Positions 42,301-57,300 of a stretch of DNA of 64,000 nucleotides are shown one piece after another. A program made the position numbers and the translations under genes. Each line of letters begins with the position of its first letter. Positions within the stretch are counted from its first letter, which is position 1. The notes below the pieces were generated by a model. It saw nothing but the letters and a program-made list of their open reading frames with translations, did no database searches and was not told where the DNA came from. The stretch comes from Enoplolaimus lenunculus (lineage: Eukaryota): contig JASANG010000727.1 of the NCBI GenBank assembly GCA_030248215.1, positions 372,001-436,000 of the forward strand. The letters are read 5' to 3'.

Positions 42301-45300
42301 TAAAAAATAGGTTAATGCTTAAGCTTCTATCGCAGTCCAGCATAAAATCAGCCCCCCCTTGATCTTAACATGGGCCGTTGCTGGGATAATAAAATAAGCA
42401 ATTTTATTGTCTTTAGAATTAAATACGCGAGCATTCGCTCGATGCACTTCGTTTCAATCTCTGCCATTGGTTGGAACCGTGCTAGCCAATCGATTCAATA
42501 TTTTGACATGAGCAAAACCCGCGGGTAAACGCGGGTCAGGTAAAGAATTTCAGGCGCAGGCATATCCGCGGGTGAAGATTCGTTATCACGCGGGTGGTAA
42601 AAAAATCACAGTTTTCACCCGCGGCAAACTTTTAAGTTTTAATGTGGAAACCCTGCGGTATTGTCTGTTTTATTTCTGGTCAAACGCGGCCGTGCTTTAT
42701 TTAGCCGGGTTTTGAAATTTTGTTGCTTCTAGTAAAATTTCATTTGTAAAATTCATTGAAGCTGTATCGCAAAACTTCATTAAAGCGCGAATCACTAGCG
42801 ATCTTTAAAATACTGGTTTGACTTCAGGCGCGGGCGAAAGATGGATCGTGGACAGATCTTTGTGTCCGTCCGTTTCAGTTGTGGATCTACGATTTTTCGG
42901 CGGGGTGATTTGATATCAACTACGACATGCGCCTTTGACACGACAATTTTGGCACGTTTCGTATTTGGTTTGTTATTTTTTAAAAATAACGACGCTAGAA
43001 GCTCGGCGGCAAGGGGGGTGGGTGGGAAGATCCGTTCTTTAGATCCCCGGTACATCCGTAATAGGTCCAACGACATTGTTGCGAGTGAACAGTACCTTTG
43101 CAAACGCCATTGTCAAGTGTATAACCGGTTTTGCATTGACAAGTGAATCCGTTAATTGTGTTTACGCACATTTCAGTAGCAGCATCGCAATCGTGCATAT
43201 TCTTCGCACATTCGTTCACATCTGAACAACAACAATAAATACTAAACCGATCGCTGATCCAAAAAGCGACCAATAACAATGGGGTTTTAAGATCCTAAGC
43301 CTAAGCGTAAGCCTAAGCGTAAGCCTAAGCCTAAGCCTAAGCCTAAGCCTAAGCCTAAGCGTAAGCGTAAGCCTAAGCCTAAGCCTAAGCCTAAGCCTAA
43401 GCCTAAGCCTAAGCCTAAGCCTAAGCCTAAGCCTAAGCCTAAGCCTTAGCCTTAGCCTAAGCCTAAGCCTAAGCCTAAGCCTAAACCTAAGCCTAAGCCT
43501 AAGCCCCCGAAAAGAAAAGACCTAAAGTCCCGGTTCCAACCTAGACTCTGACATGGCGGCTACGCTGTGAGCGCATTGGTAAATTTCCGCGTTTGGAACA
43601 AAAATATCACAAAGTCTCAGCATGCTGCTATGTTATTTTCGAATATATGTCGCAAAGCATACAGCACTTGTTGGCGAATTAGTTTTGTACACTTCGCATT
43701 ACATTAATTCGATTTCTGTGCCAGTTTTGAAATTCTTAAATTGTCGGAGGTTGTCAGTTTGAAAATAATGTTACACGAATTTGAGAATATGGGCCCAGTA
43801 AAATGATAAAACAGAGCTAAAAATGTTAACAACCATTTTTAGCTCTGCTTTATTATTTTTACTACTTGAGTAAATCCTCTATATGCGGCTGATTTAAAAA
43901 TGACGAGATGATATTGGCAACAGCTTTAGGCTCTTGATACACTTAACCACACATTTAAGTTCAAGGTTTAGGCTTTAAGTTGACGGAATGGCGTAGGCCT
44001 AGGCACTCGCATGCGTTTCCCTAAACCTAAATCTAAACGTAAGGGCAAATGTTTAGGAAGTGTACGAGAGCCTACTGTAGTGACCCGAATAAGAAGGAGA
44101 TAATAAGAGGGAGGGTTCCCATTTTGATTCTCAATCAATAGGATTCCGTATCCCTAATAAGACTTCGTAAGCGGATAGCGTACCTAAACTCTAATTAGAG
44201 TCAATAAATGTCAATTATCCATTATTGTAGCGCGTAAATGACTCCAGGACCAAATATAGTTGAGTTCGAAACTTTAAAGCGTACTTAAGTTTTGAAAGTA
44301 CATTAATAAGTATAACCTTGCATTATCGCTTAAGCTATTGATGCAAGACAAATAAACATTTAATTCATGTGTGTTAGGTTCAACTAACAAAAGGCTCGGA
44401 GGGCGGGTTAAAAATATATAACAGTCCGTAACCGAATAACAAGGGGGGTACCCTCTGCAAATTCCAAATAAATATCAGTCCCCCTCTTATTCGGGTCATT
44501 ACAGTATATCTTTAGTGTAGTGTTGCTAAAAAAGATTAGGTGCACTATGCACTAACGAAAAAAAAATGAAAAACTACCGAATTCTGGTTTAATTTAAGCA
44601 TCAGTTTTTAATAAGAGGAACGCCTCTTGACAACTACCAGAAGAATTGCCTACTTTCGAAAAGCTTAAACTAACTTGATTTAAGCCTAAGCTAATCCAGC
44701 AGTATTAAACTATAACTTTCTAGATTAACTAAACTAACAGGTACGTTTACGCTTAAACTAAGTTAAAATCTTACATATTTTTAGTTTAAGCTAAGCTTAA
44801 TGTACTCTTAAACACACATAATTTCTGCGATAGATTTGTTGCTTCAATCAAAAATAAGCATACTTAAACTCGTGTTAAGCTTAAAAATATGTTAGTTAAA
44901 ACTTAAAATTCTAGTTTACTTAGTCCGTCCAGCCATTTGAATCTTAAACTAGCTTCAAAGTTTTTAGAGAGTACTGCGAAAACAAGCTTCACATTGCGTC
45001 CAGTAGTAAACCCTTTTAGCGTCGTGGCAAGGGTAATAGGCTCTTTTCGACCTGCGCTATGCTCGGTGCGCGAAAGCGTTCGTTGCAGTTAAAAACTAAT
45101 GTCCCCATTCGAAACAAAATGCAACACCAGCGCCGAATTCAACCCCTCGTCACTTTAAAACCTTAAACATATTTTTGACACGGGTCGCCTGCGTAGGGGC
45201 GTTCAGTGAACCTTGGTGCCATGCGAATACGCACGGCACAAAAGTTATACTGAGCAATTCTTGCTCGAGCGCAGCGGTTGATCGAATTCCCTGGGGCACA

Positions 45301-48300
45301 AACGCCGGGGACCGAATATATAATGGTGTATAGAAACTTTGGCCAATGTTACTTGAAGGGACGTAACCGTAGATTAAGTGAATTCCTAAGCCTAAGCCTA
45401 AGCCTAAGCGATACAAAAATGTGTTCATAAAGCCTAAGCCTAAGCCTAAGCCTAAGCAAAAAAATAAAATCTAGAATCTAAACCTACGCTTTTATGGACC
45501 CACCGACAACCTGGACGCCCCTTAAAGTAACATGGGCCGAAACTTTACAGCGAAACTAACGAAAAGACGAGTACAGGTTAATGCTTAACCTGAATTGAAC
45601 TTTAAATTTTTGAATTCGCATCGCTCATCGGGTTTGCGGAGAAGTCACAAGGTCCCATGGCCCTTTTTACGTGGTATCGCCCCTATGAAACCGTTTTTGA
45701 ACCTACACCCGTATTGCCAAATGTGTGTAGCACCTATGACCAGTCGGGGATAGGTCCTGTAACTTTGTAACCAGCGCATTGTGAGGTTACGAAATTCAGC
45801 ACACGGTTCGCGTTTGATTTGCCCTACTTCTGTACCAATTTTGAGATCTGCAATTGCAGATGGTTGCCAGTTTGAAAACCTATCGCTAACTGATTGGTAC
45901 TATACGCATTTGAGAATATAAGCCCTGGACACACAGTGAACATTATTAACCTTGACAAACGCCTGCAATATCTTTTTCATATCCATCATTGCAATCGCAT
46001 CGATATGATCCGACTGTATTTGCGCACGTTTCAATGTCACGACACAACGGCGTTGCAGCCAAACATTCGTTGACATCTGAGAAATTTAAAAATAAAAATA
46101 ATTAATTTAAAATTTCAAATGTTTAAAATAACACTGAAAAATGACAAACTTGCATTTGTAGTTGTTGACTACAGTTTAGTGCCAGTATTCTCAAATGTGT
46201 CTAGCTCCTATCACCAGTTGATGATACATCTTGTAAAATTTTCGAACCAGTGAATACTGATGCGAAAAAACCTGAGCGCACTTTTTGCATATGATTTGCT
46301 CTGCTGTTGAACCATCTTTGAGTTAATAAAAAACTGCAATAGTCAGTGAGTTTGAAAACCTATTTCCAACTGATGATTGTTGCCATACACGTTTGAGAAT
46401 ACAGGCCTAATAGTCAGGTCTAAATTAATATCGTTCAATCGTAATTGTTACATAAAATGCGGAACAGAAATACAGTGTATCTCACAAAAACTTACCATCG
46501 CATTGCTTAGTTTCTGCATTCAAGGTAAATCCACGTTTGCATTCACATTCAAATCCACCAACGTTATTGATGCAGTTTTCAGACATTACATCACAATTGT
46601 GCAAACCATCTTTGCATTCGTCTATGTCTGAAATCACAGTTGAATATAATGAAAACTAGTCAGCCGGCTTTGCACAATACGCAAAAGTTAGTTAACCCAC
46701 AACACACTGCATGCAAATTTTCTTGGAAACTTGACCAAAATACGTATGTAGGGTTTTCCAGTTTTAATAGTATAGATAGATTAGCAGTTAGTAAAAACGT
46801 TACTATATGAATGATTTGACAAATTCAAAACATAATCATACGGTCGGAAATAACAATCGAAAACCTAAGTGTAAACTAAAAAGAGTAACTGAAAATTAAT
46901 TCATTATTCTTTTCTGTCACGAATAATATTTTTTTGTTTTATGCCGTAAATTTCAATCAAGGACTCGAACTCCGGACTCTCGGGTAAAAGGCGGTTGCTA
47001 TACCAGCTTAGTACTCGAGTCCGAGTAAGCTCTCACTTCTTGACGAGATTTTGTACTGTACGTACTCGTAAAATTGTTAAACACTGCGCATCATGTGTAC
47101 AATTTCGCGTATAGAGCTTGCACCTTAGCTGCACATTGGTACGCTCTATCCAGGAAACGGATAAATGTTCACCGAACAAAAACAATTAAATACCCACATA
47201 CGTTTCGATGAATGTTTCAATCTGATTTTTGAATTTCACAATTTAAACGGCCCATGTATAGAGCAGGACCGGAACAGTAGTATAAGCATATTCCTAAGCC
47301 TAAGCCTAATAAAAAAAAATTAGTCTAAAGCTTAAACTGACTCTATTATAGCCCCTCCGGCAAACGATCCGGCCCTGTTCTATACATGGACCATGTAAAC
47401 TCTGACTGAAACTACTTTTACCGGAACAAATACCAGCGACAATTTCGTATCCAGATCCACACAAGCATTTGAACGAACCAATCGTATTGTAGCATGTTTC
47501 AAGTCCAAAGCAAGTATGCTTATTGGTTAAGCATTCATTTTCATCTGAATACAGGATAGGTACGTAGAACTAGTATTCATTGATTGGGTCACTCTTGATA
47601 TTAAACCATAGGCATAGCGACAGATCCAGGAATTTTTGTCGGGAAGGGGGCGGGGTGGCAAATGTTATGGAACACAAAAATTGTACGGTAGGGACCTTAT
47701 CATTTTATCATCAAAAAGTTTCCTGAAGTGGAAAAATTGTAATTTTAATCAGTATAATATTTGTAAATTTCTGTTGTGTCCATTGAAAAACAATTGTCCA
47801 CTGCATTTGTCCAATAAATATGTATTTATGCAGAACTGTGAACAGAGATGGACATTATCCGCGGGTACCCGTGAGAAATCGCGGGTCGGTTAATGAATTT
47901 CAGGCGCGGGTATACCCGCGGGTAAAGATTTGTATCCCGCGGGTAAAAAATTGGCACGTCTTACCCGCGCCACCTTTTTATGTTTTAACGTGCAAAATAT
48001 ACGCTAGTAACTACTGTAGTGACCCGAATAAGAGGGGGGACTGGTATTTATTTGGCCTCTCCAGATGGTACCCCCTGTTATTCGGTTACGGACTGTTATT
48101 TATTTTTAACCTGCCCACCGCCACGTTTCGTTCCTGATAAATCCCCAGCAATCTTTAAAATTCCGGTTTAACTTCAGTCGCGAGTAAAACGTGCGTTGCG
48201 GGGTATAGATCTTTTTAGCGCTAGTATACCCGCGGATGACAAATTCATCTTTGCATGGGTAACCCGCGTGTCGGGTACAAAAAATCCTTACCCACTTCAA

Positions 48301-51300
48301 ACTCTAACTGTGAGTCATTTATGGTTTAGACAAAAACTGAACCAGTCTTTCAACAACTATCTATTAACCTCTTAGGAAACTTTGCTTAAGTTATTAAACA
48401 TTGTTCAACAGCTTATATTCTTTAGAGCAAATATAAACAAAAAACTTATATACTCAACGTTGGTTAATAGTAAACAAGCAATGAACAAGCCAAGCCCAAG
48501 GTCTTCCGATGAGTTTAGCCTTGGTTTCGTAGAAGCATCTGGTTACTCGAACACAACAAATCGTTGCAGTACTGCGCGCTACCCGCGGATACTCGCGAGT
48601 ACACGCGGGTCGGGTAAGAAAATTTTGATGCAGGCATACTCACGGGTCAAAAAATTAAATTTTCACGGGGTAAAGCGCAGATTGCGGCTAACAAAATTTT
48701 TCACCCATTTTTGAATAGTAGTGAGGTTTTGTTTAAAATGATCTATTGCATAGACTTGCTATATTAGCAATTGCAATAAGCTCACTAAGACAATGAGAGG
48801 AAAGAAAACACCGAAACAGTATAACGCCACTTAGACACCGTCCCATGACAATTATCACATTGAGTCATGCAAACTAGGGTCCATATTCTAAAATACGTAC
48901 AGCACCTACCATCAGTTAGCGATAAGTTTTCAAACTGACGAACATCTGCAGTTGCAGATCTCAAAACTTGTACAGAACCATGGCAAATCAAAAGCGAACA
49001 ATGTGTTGAATTTCGAACCTCACCATGCGCTGGTTTCAAAGTTACCGAACCTATTACCAACTGGTGATAGTTGCTACACACATTTGAGAATGCCGAGCTC
49101 TGCTTAGAGAACTCCCCCTAACAGTAGGAAAAGTTATAAGCACAGGTGTAAAAATAATTGCTTATATTTAAAAAATTGTCAAAGAATTTTTGCCGTTTAT
49201 AGAACCTTTCTTTTAGCTACCACACTGCAAAAATGGTGAGTCAAATTGACCCTCTCTGAAATAGGCTTTTCCGAACTACACAAACTGAGTCAACATTCGA
49301 ATCCGCCAGAGTCAACTTAGACTCAATGAGTCGTCAGTGAGTCAAATTTGACTCTGGCGGAGTGGAATTTTGACTCAGTTTGTGTAGTATGGAAAAGCCT
49401 GGTTCGGGGAGAGTCAATTTGACTCACCATTTTTTGCAGTGTACGCCCTCTAGTTAACTGTATCAAATTTATCAATAATATTTCAAGTGTTAATACATCT
49501 ATTTATGGCAATGAACCATATACATTATAGGTGCGTGACCAATAAACGACATCAAAACAGCGATAAACTGGGAAGCATAAGCTTAAACTTTAGGCTTATT
49601 CTTAGGTTTAAGCTTCGGTTCAGCCTAAGGATGATCAGGCAGTTTTTTTATTAGAAATTGCTACAACAATCACGGTGTATCAAAAAACATTTTGACCTCC
49701 GGGTCGCAATTGTAAACCCAGAAAAAATTCGGGTGGACCAAAAATTGTTCTGAACCAAATTTGAATTTTAAAATTGTTTCAAGACCAACCTCTTTTTTGC
49801 GGTCAGCATGCAGTTGCAACTGTTCATAACACATGGTTTGATAAGCTATTAATGATAAAACACTGTATAAACGTCAACAAATAGAACGAATCTGAATGAT
49901 ACAAGTTTTCAACGACTGACCTTCACAAATTTGTTGCTGTGGATTTAAAATATATCCAGGCTTGCATGTGCATTCGAAACTTCCCACAGTATTTTGACAC
50001 GCTTCTTCAGACAAATCGCAGTTATGTCTATCCGTTGAACATTCGTCAAGATCTATATATGTATATCAGGATGCAATCGGAATTATAAAATAATGGAACC
50101 GAAGCCGGAACCGGAAAACAAAACAATAATTGTTACCGAAAAATTCATATTTAGCGCTATTTTATCGCTTTTAATGGTGTACACACACCATTTAGGATGC
50201 TAGAATCCTGAATCATAATGCAGTATCAGGAAACGTATGATAAAATATGGAGTATGACACAAATTGACAACTTTGGCAATACACAGTCAGAGAATTTTTA
50301 GAAAAATAAGTTGAGAATAATATGTAAATTTTTCTTAAATTTTCAACTGAGAAAAAATTTTAACACTGAAATCATCGGAAATTTCCGATGAAAAAAACCC
50401 GGATTTATTACCGGAACCGGATCGTGAAAAGTACCGGAGTTTACTACCGGAACCGGAATTCCGTTTGCACCCTATGATATATACACCAATACTGCGTAGT
50501 TCACTTTACCTCACGGTTGAAATTCAAAAATTGTGCAATTTTGGTAAAAAATTTTACGTTTAAACCATAAGCTTAAACTAATTTACGCAACTTAAGGTTG
50601 CCGTTAATTTTAAATAGCTTAAATCCAGTATATATTTATAACAAATCGTACTAAAAACTTAATAATACACGAACCTTCACAATTACCGCTTGGCATCTTT
50701 CGGTAGCCTGGCGGACAACGACACGAGTACCAGCCAATAGTATTGATGCACGTTTGTTTCGCAAGTGGACCACCTTTTTCGGCACAGTCGTTCAGCGATG
50801 GATCAAGACATTCATCGATATCTGTTAAACAAAACAAATATTTGCGGTAAAAGTCCCGTGGAGCCTATTTCGGAGAAAGACAATTTGACTCACCATTTTT
50901 TGCAGTATTAGAATATGGCAATGTTATTCTAAAACCTGTTAAACGGTTTTTTTCTTGTCTGTAGAACTTGCAGTAAGAAACATAACCTGTTCAGGGGCGG
51001 TCCCAGGAGCGGAACACGTTCGCCACCCCCATCTCCTCGAAACGTTTTGTATACAGCTGATTTTCAGACGCAAACGAGAAAAAATTAAGAAATTGATACC
51101 CGGGTTACATATGCGCCCAAAGACAAAAAATCCTAGGACCCCCAATGCCGCTGTTTGCAAACGTACCATCACATTTCCCAGTATTCGTGTTTCGCTGAAA
51201 TCCATCGTTGCAGACACATTCGTATGACAGTGGGATATTGCGACAGTGTTCCGAAACCAAATCGCAGGTCGCAGTTCCATCTGCGCATTCATCAATATCT

Positions 51301-54300
51301 GAAAACAAAATGTTAACACAAAGGGTTGCGCTATACTTTACTGTGCCGAATATAAAATTCTATTTGGCTTAATTTTTGATCAAAAATTTCACGGTGTCGC
51401 ACGTGCGTTGGTGTCCGACGGCGTCCGGCGGCGTGTGGCGATTATTGCGACCCCAAACATCGTGACGAATAGAATCACCACATTTAGTCGACAGGCCAAC
51501 TCGTCGGCTGATATTTCGAAACCCAACATGTCTTACATTGGACACTTTGTTGATCGCCATTATAGGCTTAGGCTTAAGCTTATCACTGCAAAAAATAGCG
51601 AGTCAAATTGACTCTCTTCGAAATAGACTCTACTGGACTATACGAACTGAGTCAAATTCGACTCCGGCAGAGTCAAATTTGACTCACTAAGTCGCACGCT
51701 TGACTCTGGCGGAGTGGAACTTAACTCAGATTGTGATGTCCCGTAGAGCATATTTTGAAGGGACTCAGTTTGACTGACCATTTTTTGCACTGTAACATCA
51801 TGCATAGGCTTAGCTGTCGAGTGACAAGTTGTCGTACGATGAGTTGTCGTAAAGACGTAATAGACGAATGATACTGCAGAACGCCATGGAAGTTTTAATA
51901 TTTGATGTGATTAGCATTCAATTAAGTTAAAAATTTCACCAATCTGAACTACGTTTAACTGTGCAGTTAATGACATTTACCTGCAAGCATTGCCGAGTTA
52001 GACAGCTTTACTTAGGCGCCCAGGGGACGCAGCCTTCTAGAAAATATTTGCGCCCATAGAAAAGATTAAACCCCGTTTGTTAGCCATTAAAAATCTGTGT
52101 CTTTACCAGCGGAACATGGCTTGCCCACAAGCCATTTTCAGCTGGCTACGGTACTGAACCACGCCCGTAGCGAGTTCACCTTGCTAGGAGGGTTAAAAAA
52201 ATTTTCAGGAGTGTCATTCAAGGGTTTTCGATCAGTTACAAGCAAGGTTGAAAATTTCTAGGGGGCCCAAAATTTTCCAGCGGAGGCTGAGCCCTCCCTG
52301 GCCCCCCTAGGCTACGGGCCCGTACTGACAAAGAGATATTATGCTAACCAGAGCAGATTCCATTTCGAACTTCGTAGCCATCTTTGCAAATACATTTATA
52401 CGATCCAATAGCATTTGAGCATGTTTCTGCAGCTGTACAACTGTCAATATTTAGCGCACATTCGTCAATATCTGAAACTTAACCCTTTCTCACATGAATA
52501 TTTTCAATTTCAAATGAGACGTAATTTTAACGTAACATTGTAACCCCAGTCTCACGGGTGGGAGGCGTTTACGATGACCACTGAGCTATAGGAGCTTGAC
52601 GCTGTAGGCCGAGGAGGCTCTCAAGTCTTGTGGAGATTTTGCTCTGCGTATATATGTTACTATTGTTAAACACTGCTAACAGTGTCTATGTTGCTCGTAT
52701 ATTATTGTATTTAGTTCCTCATAGTATACTCTATGAATGAAAGGGTTAATCTCATACTCTCAAATGCGTACAGCACCTATCCTCAGTTAGCGTTTGGTTT
52801 TCGGACTACTGAATTCTGCAATTTCCGATCTTAAGATTGGTGTAGAAGTAGGGCAAATCAAATGTGAAAGCTACGCTGAATTTTATGCCGCCCCATTTAC
52901 AGGTTCGAATGTTGCAAGACCTATCACCAACTTGTATAATAGGTGCTACACACGTTTGAAAATACAGACCCAGGTGCCATATCCTCAAATTCAAATAGAA
53001 TATATCACCAGTTAGCGATAGGTTTGCAAACTGACTTAGTCAAACAATTGCGGATCTGCAAACTAGCACACAACTAGGACAGATCCAACGTGAAAAATGT
53101 GCTGAACTTCAAACCTCACCATTCGCTGGTTCGAAAGCTAAAAGACAATCCCTATCTCCAATCGGTGGTGATAAAGTGCAACACACATTTTGCAATACAG
53201 ACCAGGCTTACAGCACATGCTCAGAAACGAAAAAATCAGTGTTGTAAAAGCAGATGAATTGGGTGTAAAATTTACAGAGTTTCAAACGAAATCCATGCTG
53301 ATTTTTCAAGCTGAGGCTGCGATTACATTTGTGTAAAAATTCAACATTTTAGGTTAGGCGTTAGATTTCAAAAACTAAAGACTTGAATCATATTTAGGTA
53401 AAGTATTTTTTGTCCCAAAAAAGGTTAAGAATGTATGTCATATGCAGAGTACCCGTGGTATTTGAAACATAATAATAATCTGAGTCAGAGTTGTCTACTT
53501 CCTTGTATTTGATAGAAAGTAAATGTTCCCCACAAGCCTTAGCCTACTTTATTGCTATCATCATTTTATGTGTTTGGGTTTCACTGTTTTCCTAAACCTA
53601 AGCCTAAGCCTACTTTATTGATATCATCATTTTATGTGTTTGGGTTGCACCGTTTTCCTAAACCTAAGCCTCAGCCTACAATATTGCTGTCATCATTTTG
53701 TGTTTGGGTTTCACCGTTTTTCTAAACCTAAGCCTTAGCCTACTTTATTGCTGTCATCATTATGTGTTTGGGTTTCACCGTTTTCCTAAACCTAAGCCTT
53801 AGCCTACTGTATTGCTATCATCATCATGTGTTTGGGTTTCACCGTTTTCCTAAACCTAAGCCTATAGAATTGACCAATCAGATACCTTCACACTGTTGCG
53901 TTGCAACGTTCTGTTTGTATCCATCGCCACAAGTGCAACTGAAGCTGCCTAACTCATTAACACAAACTTCGCCGAAATTATGACAGTTGTGCAAATTTGC
54001 AGTACATTCGTTGATATCTGAAACATAACGACAGCCAATTGAAATGCATTCTTACAAATTTTGTTGAAAAATTTGAACACAGCAAACATTATTTGTCACC
54101 CTTTTCGACTTATATATTCAGCAGACCCCGTAATGCTAATTCCACAATGCCATGCGTACACCAGGTGACTTTTGAAACGGGATAGTGTGATGAATACTGA
54201 AGTTTTTTTGGCTTCAGTGTAGCAGCGCACTGAAGCTTTTTTGGCTTCAATATGCTGCAACACTGAAGCCAAAAAGCGTCAGTTTGCTGCACATCCTTTC

Positions 54301-57300
54301 ACGTATTTTAAATGTGATTTCGGTATTTACATCAAACCCCGGTCATCAACAACATTAAATGTTTGAAATTGTGCTGCTGTTAATTACCACAGTACAATTC
54401 CATTTAACTTAAAAACATGGTTAATTCTATAAATTAAAAACAACAGCGTAGCCGGGGGTTTAAGGGTGTCAACCCCCAATTTGACATTTTTGTCAACCGT
54501 TTCAAAATTTAAATAGAACGTAAACCCTTCGTTTCCGAAATCCTTGCTACAAGACGTCCTAGAATAAGACAAGGGCCCATATTCTCAAATGCATATTGCA
54601 CCTTTTACCAGTTAGCAACAGGTTTTTAAACTAACGAACTGCTGCAATTGCAGATCTCAAAATTTGCACATTAGTTGAGTAAATCGAATGTAATAAATGT
54701 GCTGAATTTCAAACTTCACCATTTCCTGGTTCGAAAGTGAATACAAGACCTATCTCCAACTGGTAATAGGTGCTACACACATTTGAGAATGCCCAGCTCT
54801 GCTTAGAGAACTCCCCCTAAAGAGTAGGAAAAGTTATAAGCGCAGGTGTGAAAATAATTGCTTATAATTAAAAAATTGGCAAAGAATTTTTTGCCGCTCA
54901 TAGAACCTTTCTTTTAGCTACCACACTGCAAAAAATGGTGAGTCAAATTATTGAGTCTAAGTTGACTCTGGTGGAGTCGAATTTTGACTCAGTTTGTGTA
55001 GTCTGGAAAAGCCTAGTTCGGGGAGACTCTAAGTTTAAAGTTTACATCGAGTATGGTTTTAAAGTGTACCTGATCAAGTTTCATTCATAAAAGTTCAAAA
55101 CGAATTAATGCTTCACAGTGAATGAATTTAAGACAAATTTTTAAAATTTACCTGAGCAAATTCCGTTCAAAACTTCAAATCCACGGGCACACAAGCACTT
55201 GTATGAACCGACAGTATCCATACACACTTCTGATTCGTGACAATTATGTTTTCCAGTAGCACATTCGTCAATATCTTAAAAATAGAAAATTTTTTAATCC
55301 TTGAGATATTTGGCCCCCGTTAACGGTAAGAGTCCGACTGATAAGCTTAAACCCTAAGCCTAAACCTTGACCTAAGCCTAAGCGTAAACCTAAGTCTAAA
55401 CGTAATTCTGTGGATAAACATTAGCCTCATCCTAAGTCTATGCTTTAGCTTAACAGTTTCTAAGTTTCCAGTCTCGTGTCTACCGGCGGACAGGCCCCAA
55501 AAATTAACATGAGTAAGCCTCACAAAAGCAGAGATGATAAAGCCATGAACAGTATACACAGAGAACAGTATTTGTGTATTTTCCTTCGCCTTATTACTGT
55601 TTATTATGTACCTAAACATAAAAGTTAAGTCTAAGTTTAAAGCTAAACCTACCATAATTCTAAATCTAAGCCTAACCATATTTCACTACTCCTGATATGA
55701 TATATGGAACAAATTTTACAGGAGTGTATAGACAGGAAGGCCGATGTTACTTTAAGGCGCGTCCAGGTTACTGGTTGGTCTATAAAAGAGTAATTTTAGA
55801 TTCTAGTAAACATTCTTTTGCTTATGCTTAGGAACACATTTTTGCAACGCTTAGGTTTAGGCTTAGGCTTAGGAACACATTTTTGCAACGCTTGGGCTTA
55901 GGCTTAGGAACACATTTTTGCAACGCTGAGGCTCAGGCTTAAGAACACATTTTTGCAACGCTTAGGCTTAGGCTTAAGAACACATTTTTGTAACGCTTAG
56001 GCTTAGGCTTAGCAATACGCTTACTGTTACGCCCCTTTAAGTAACATTGGCACATTGGCCGACAGGAGCATACAGAAATTTTGCAGCTGTACTTGGTAAA
56101 CTAATAAAGTTAAATTAAGTTTTAAATTTGAAATTTTATATTTACCGACACACGTATGCAAATTATTATCAAATTCATATCCCGGTTTGCAATCGCAATC
56201 GTAACTTCCCGGTATATTAACGCACTGTTCATTGTCTTTGTTGCAATTATGCAAATTGTCTGTGCATTCGTTAACATCTGAAATATAATGACTTAATTAA
56301 CTTCAAACGATACGAAATAGTCCCAGCTTATCTAAAGTCAGCACTGTCTGAACGATCAAATATGTTTCGATAATGAAGAGTAATCCATTTGACAAGAGTA
56401 TCAAACCGGTTGCAAGCTTTCCTTGGACCATGTATAGAACATGGCCGGATCGTTTTCCGGAGGGGCTATAATAGACTCAGTTTAAGCTTTAGACTATTTT
56501 TTTGCTGAGGCTTAGGCTTAGGCTTAGGTATAGGCTCATTCTTACACTTAGGCTTAGCCTTAGGCTGAGGCTTTGCCCATTCCTTTGTTTTAGTTATTTG
56601 GTGTTCGGCCCATGTATAGAACAGGGCCGGATCGTTGTCCGGAGGGGTTATAATAAAGTCAGTTTAAGCTTTAGACTATTTTTTGCTTAGGATTAGGCTT
56701 AGGCTTAGGTATAGGCTCATCCATACGCTTAGGAATATGCTTATGCTACTGTTCCGGCCCTGTTCTATACATGGGCCCTTACCTCGCTAGGAAATGCTAT
56801 TTTAAGGAAGTCCGTACAACTCACCTCGCTAAGGAGGTTTAAACATTTTTTGAGAAGTGTATACAAGGGTTTTCGATGACGTACACAACAACGTTGAAAA
56901 TTTTGGCAACTGTGGGCATTACATTTTTTGATACATCCGCACTTTGATAGTCTTCGGTCGGTGTCACTTTCAATACATCCTATCTTTTTAGAAAGGTTTA
57001 GAGCTTCGATGACGTACACAACAACGTTGAAAATTTTGGCAACTGTGGGCATTACATTTTTTGATACATCCGCACTTTGATAGTCTTCGGTCGGTGTCAC
57101 TTTCAATACATCCTATCTTTTTAGAAAGGTTTGGAGCTTATAACAATAAAAGCGGGGTATACCGCTGGGTGCATACAGCAGTTTCTCAATTGACATTTAA
57201 TTTGCTCCCCCCAATGGTTTATATCAAGAAATTATATATATGTCGTAGGCCAATCTGCTATTCAGGTTAAGTAGTAATTTACCTAGGCCAATCCGCTATT

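Noticed and set aside
43293..43505. True chromosome telomere or proof of nematode origin
   Set aside because: Arrays are short, internal, in both orientations and mostly inside MITEs; acceptors are not uniformly TTTTCAG
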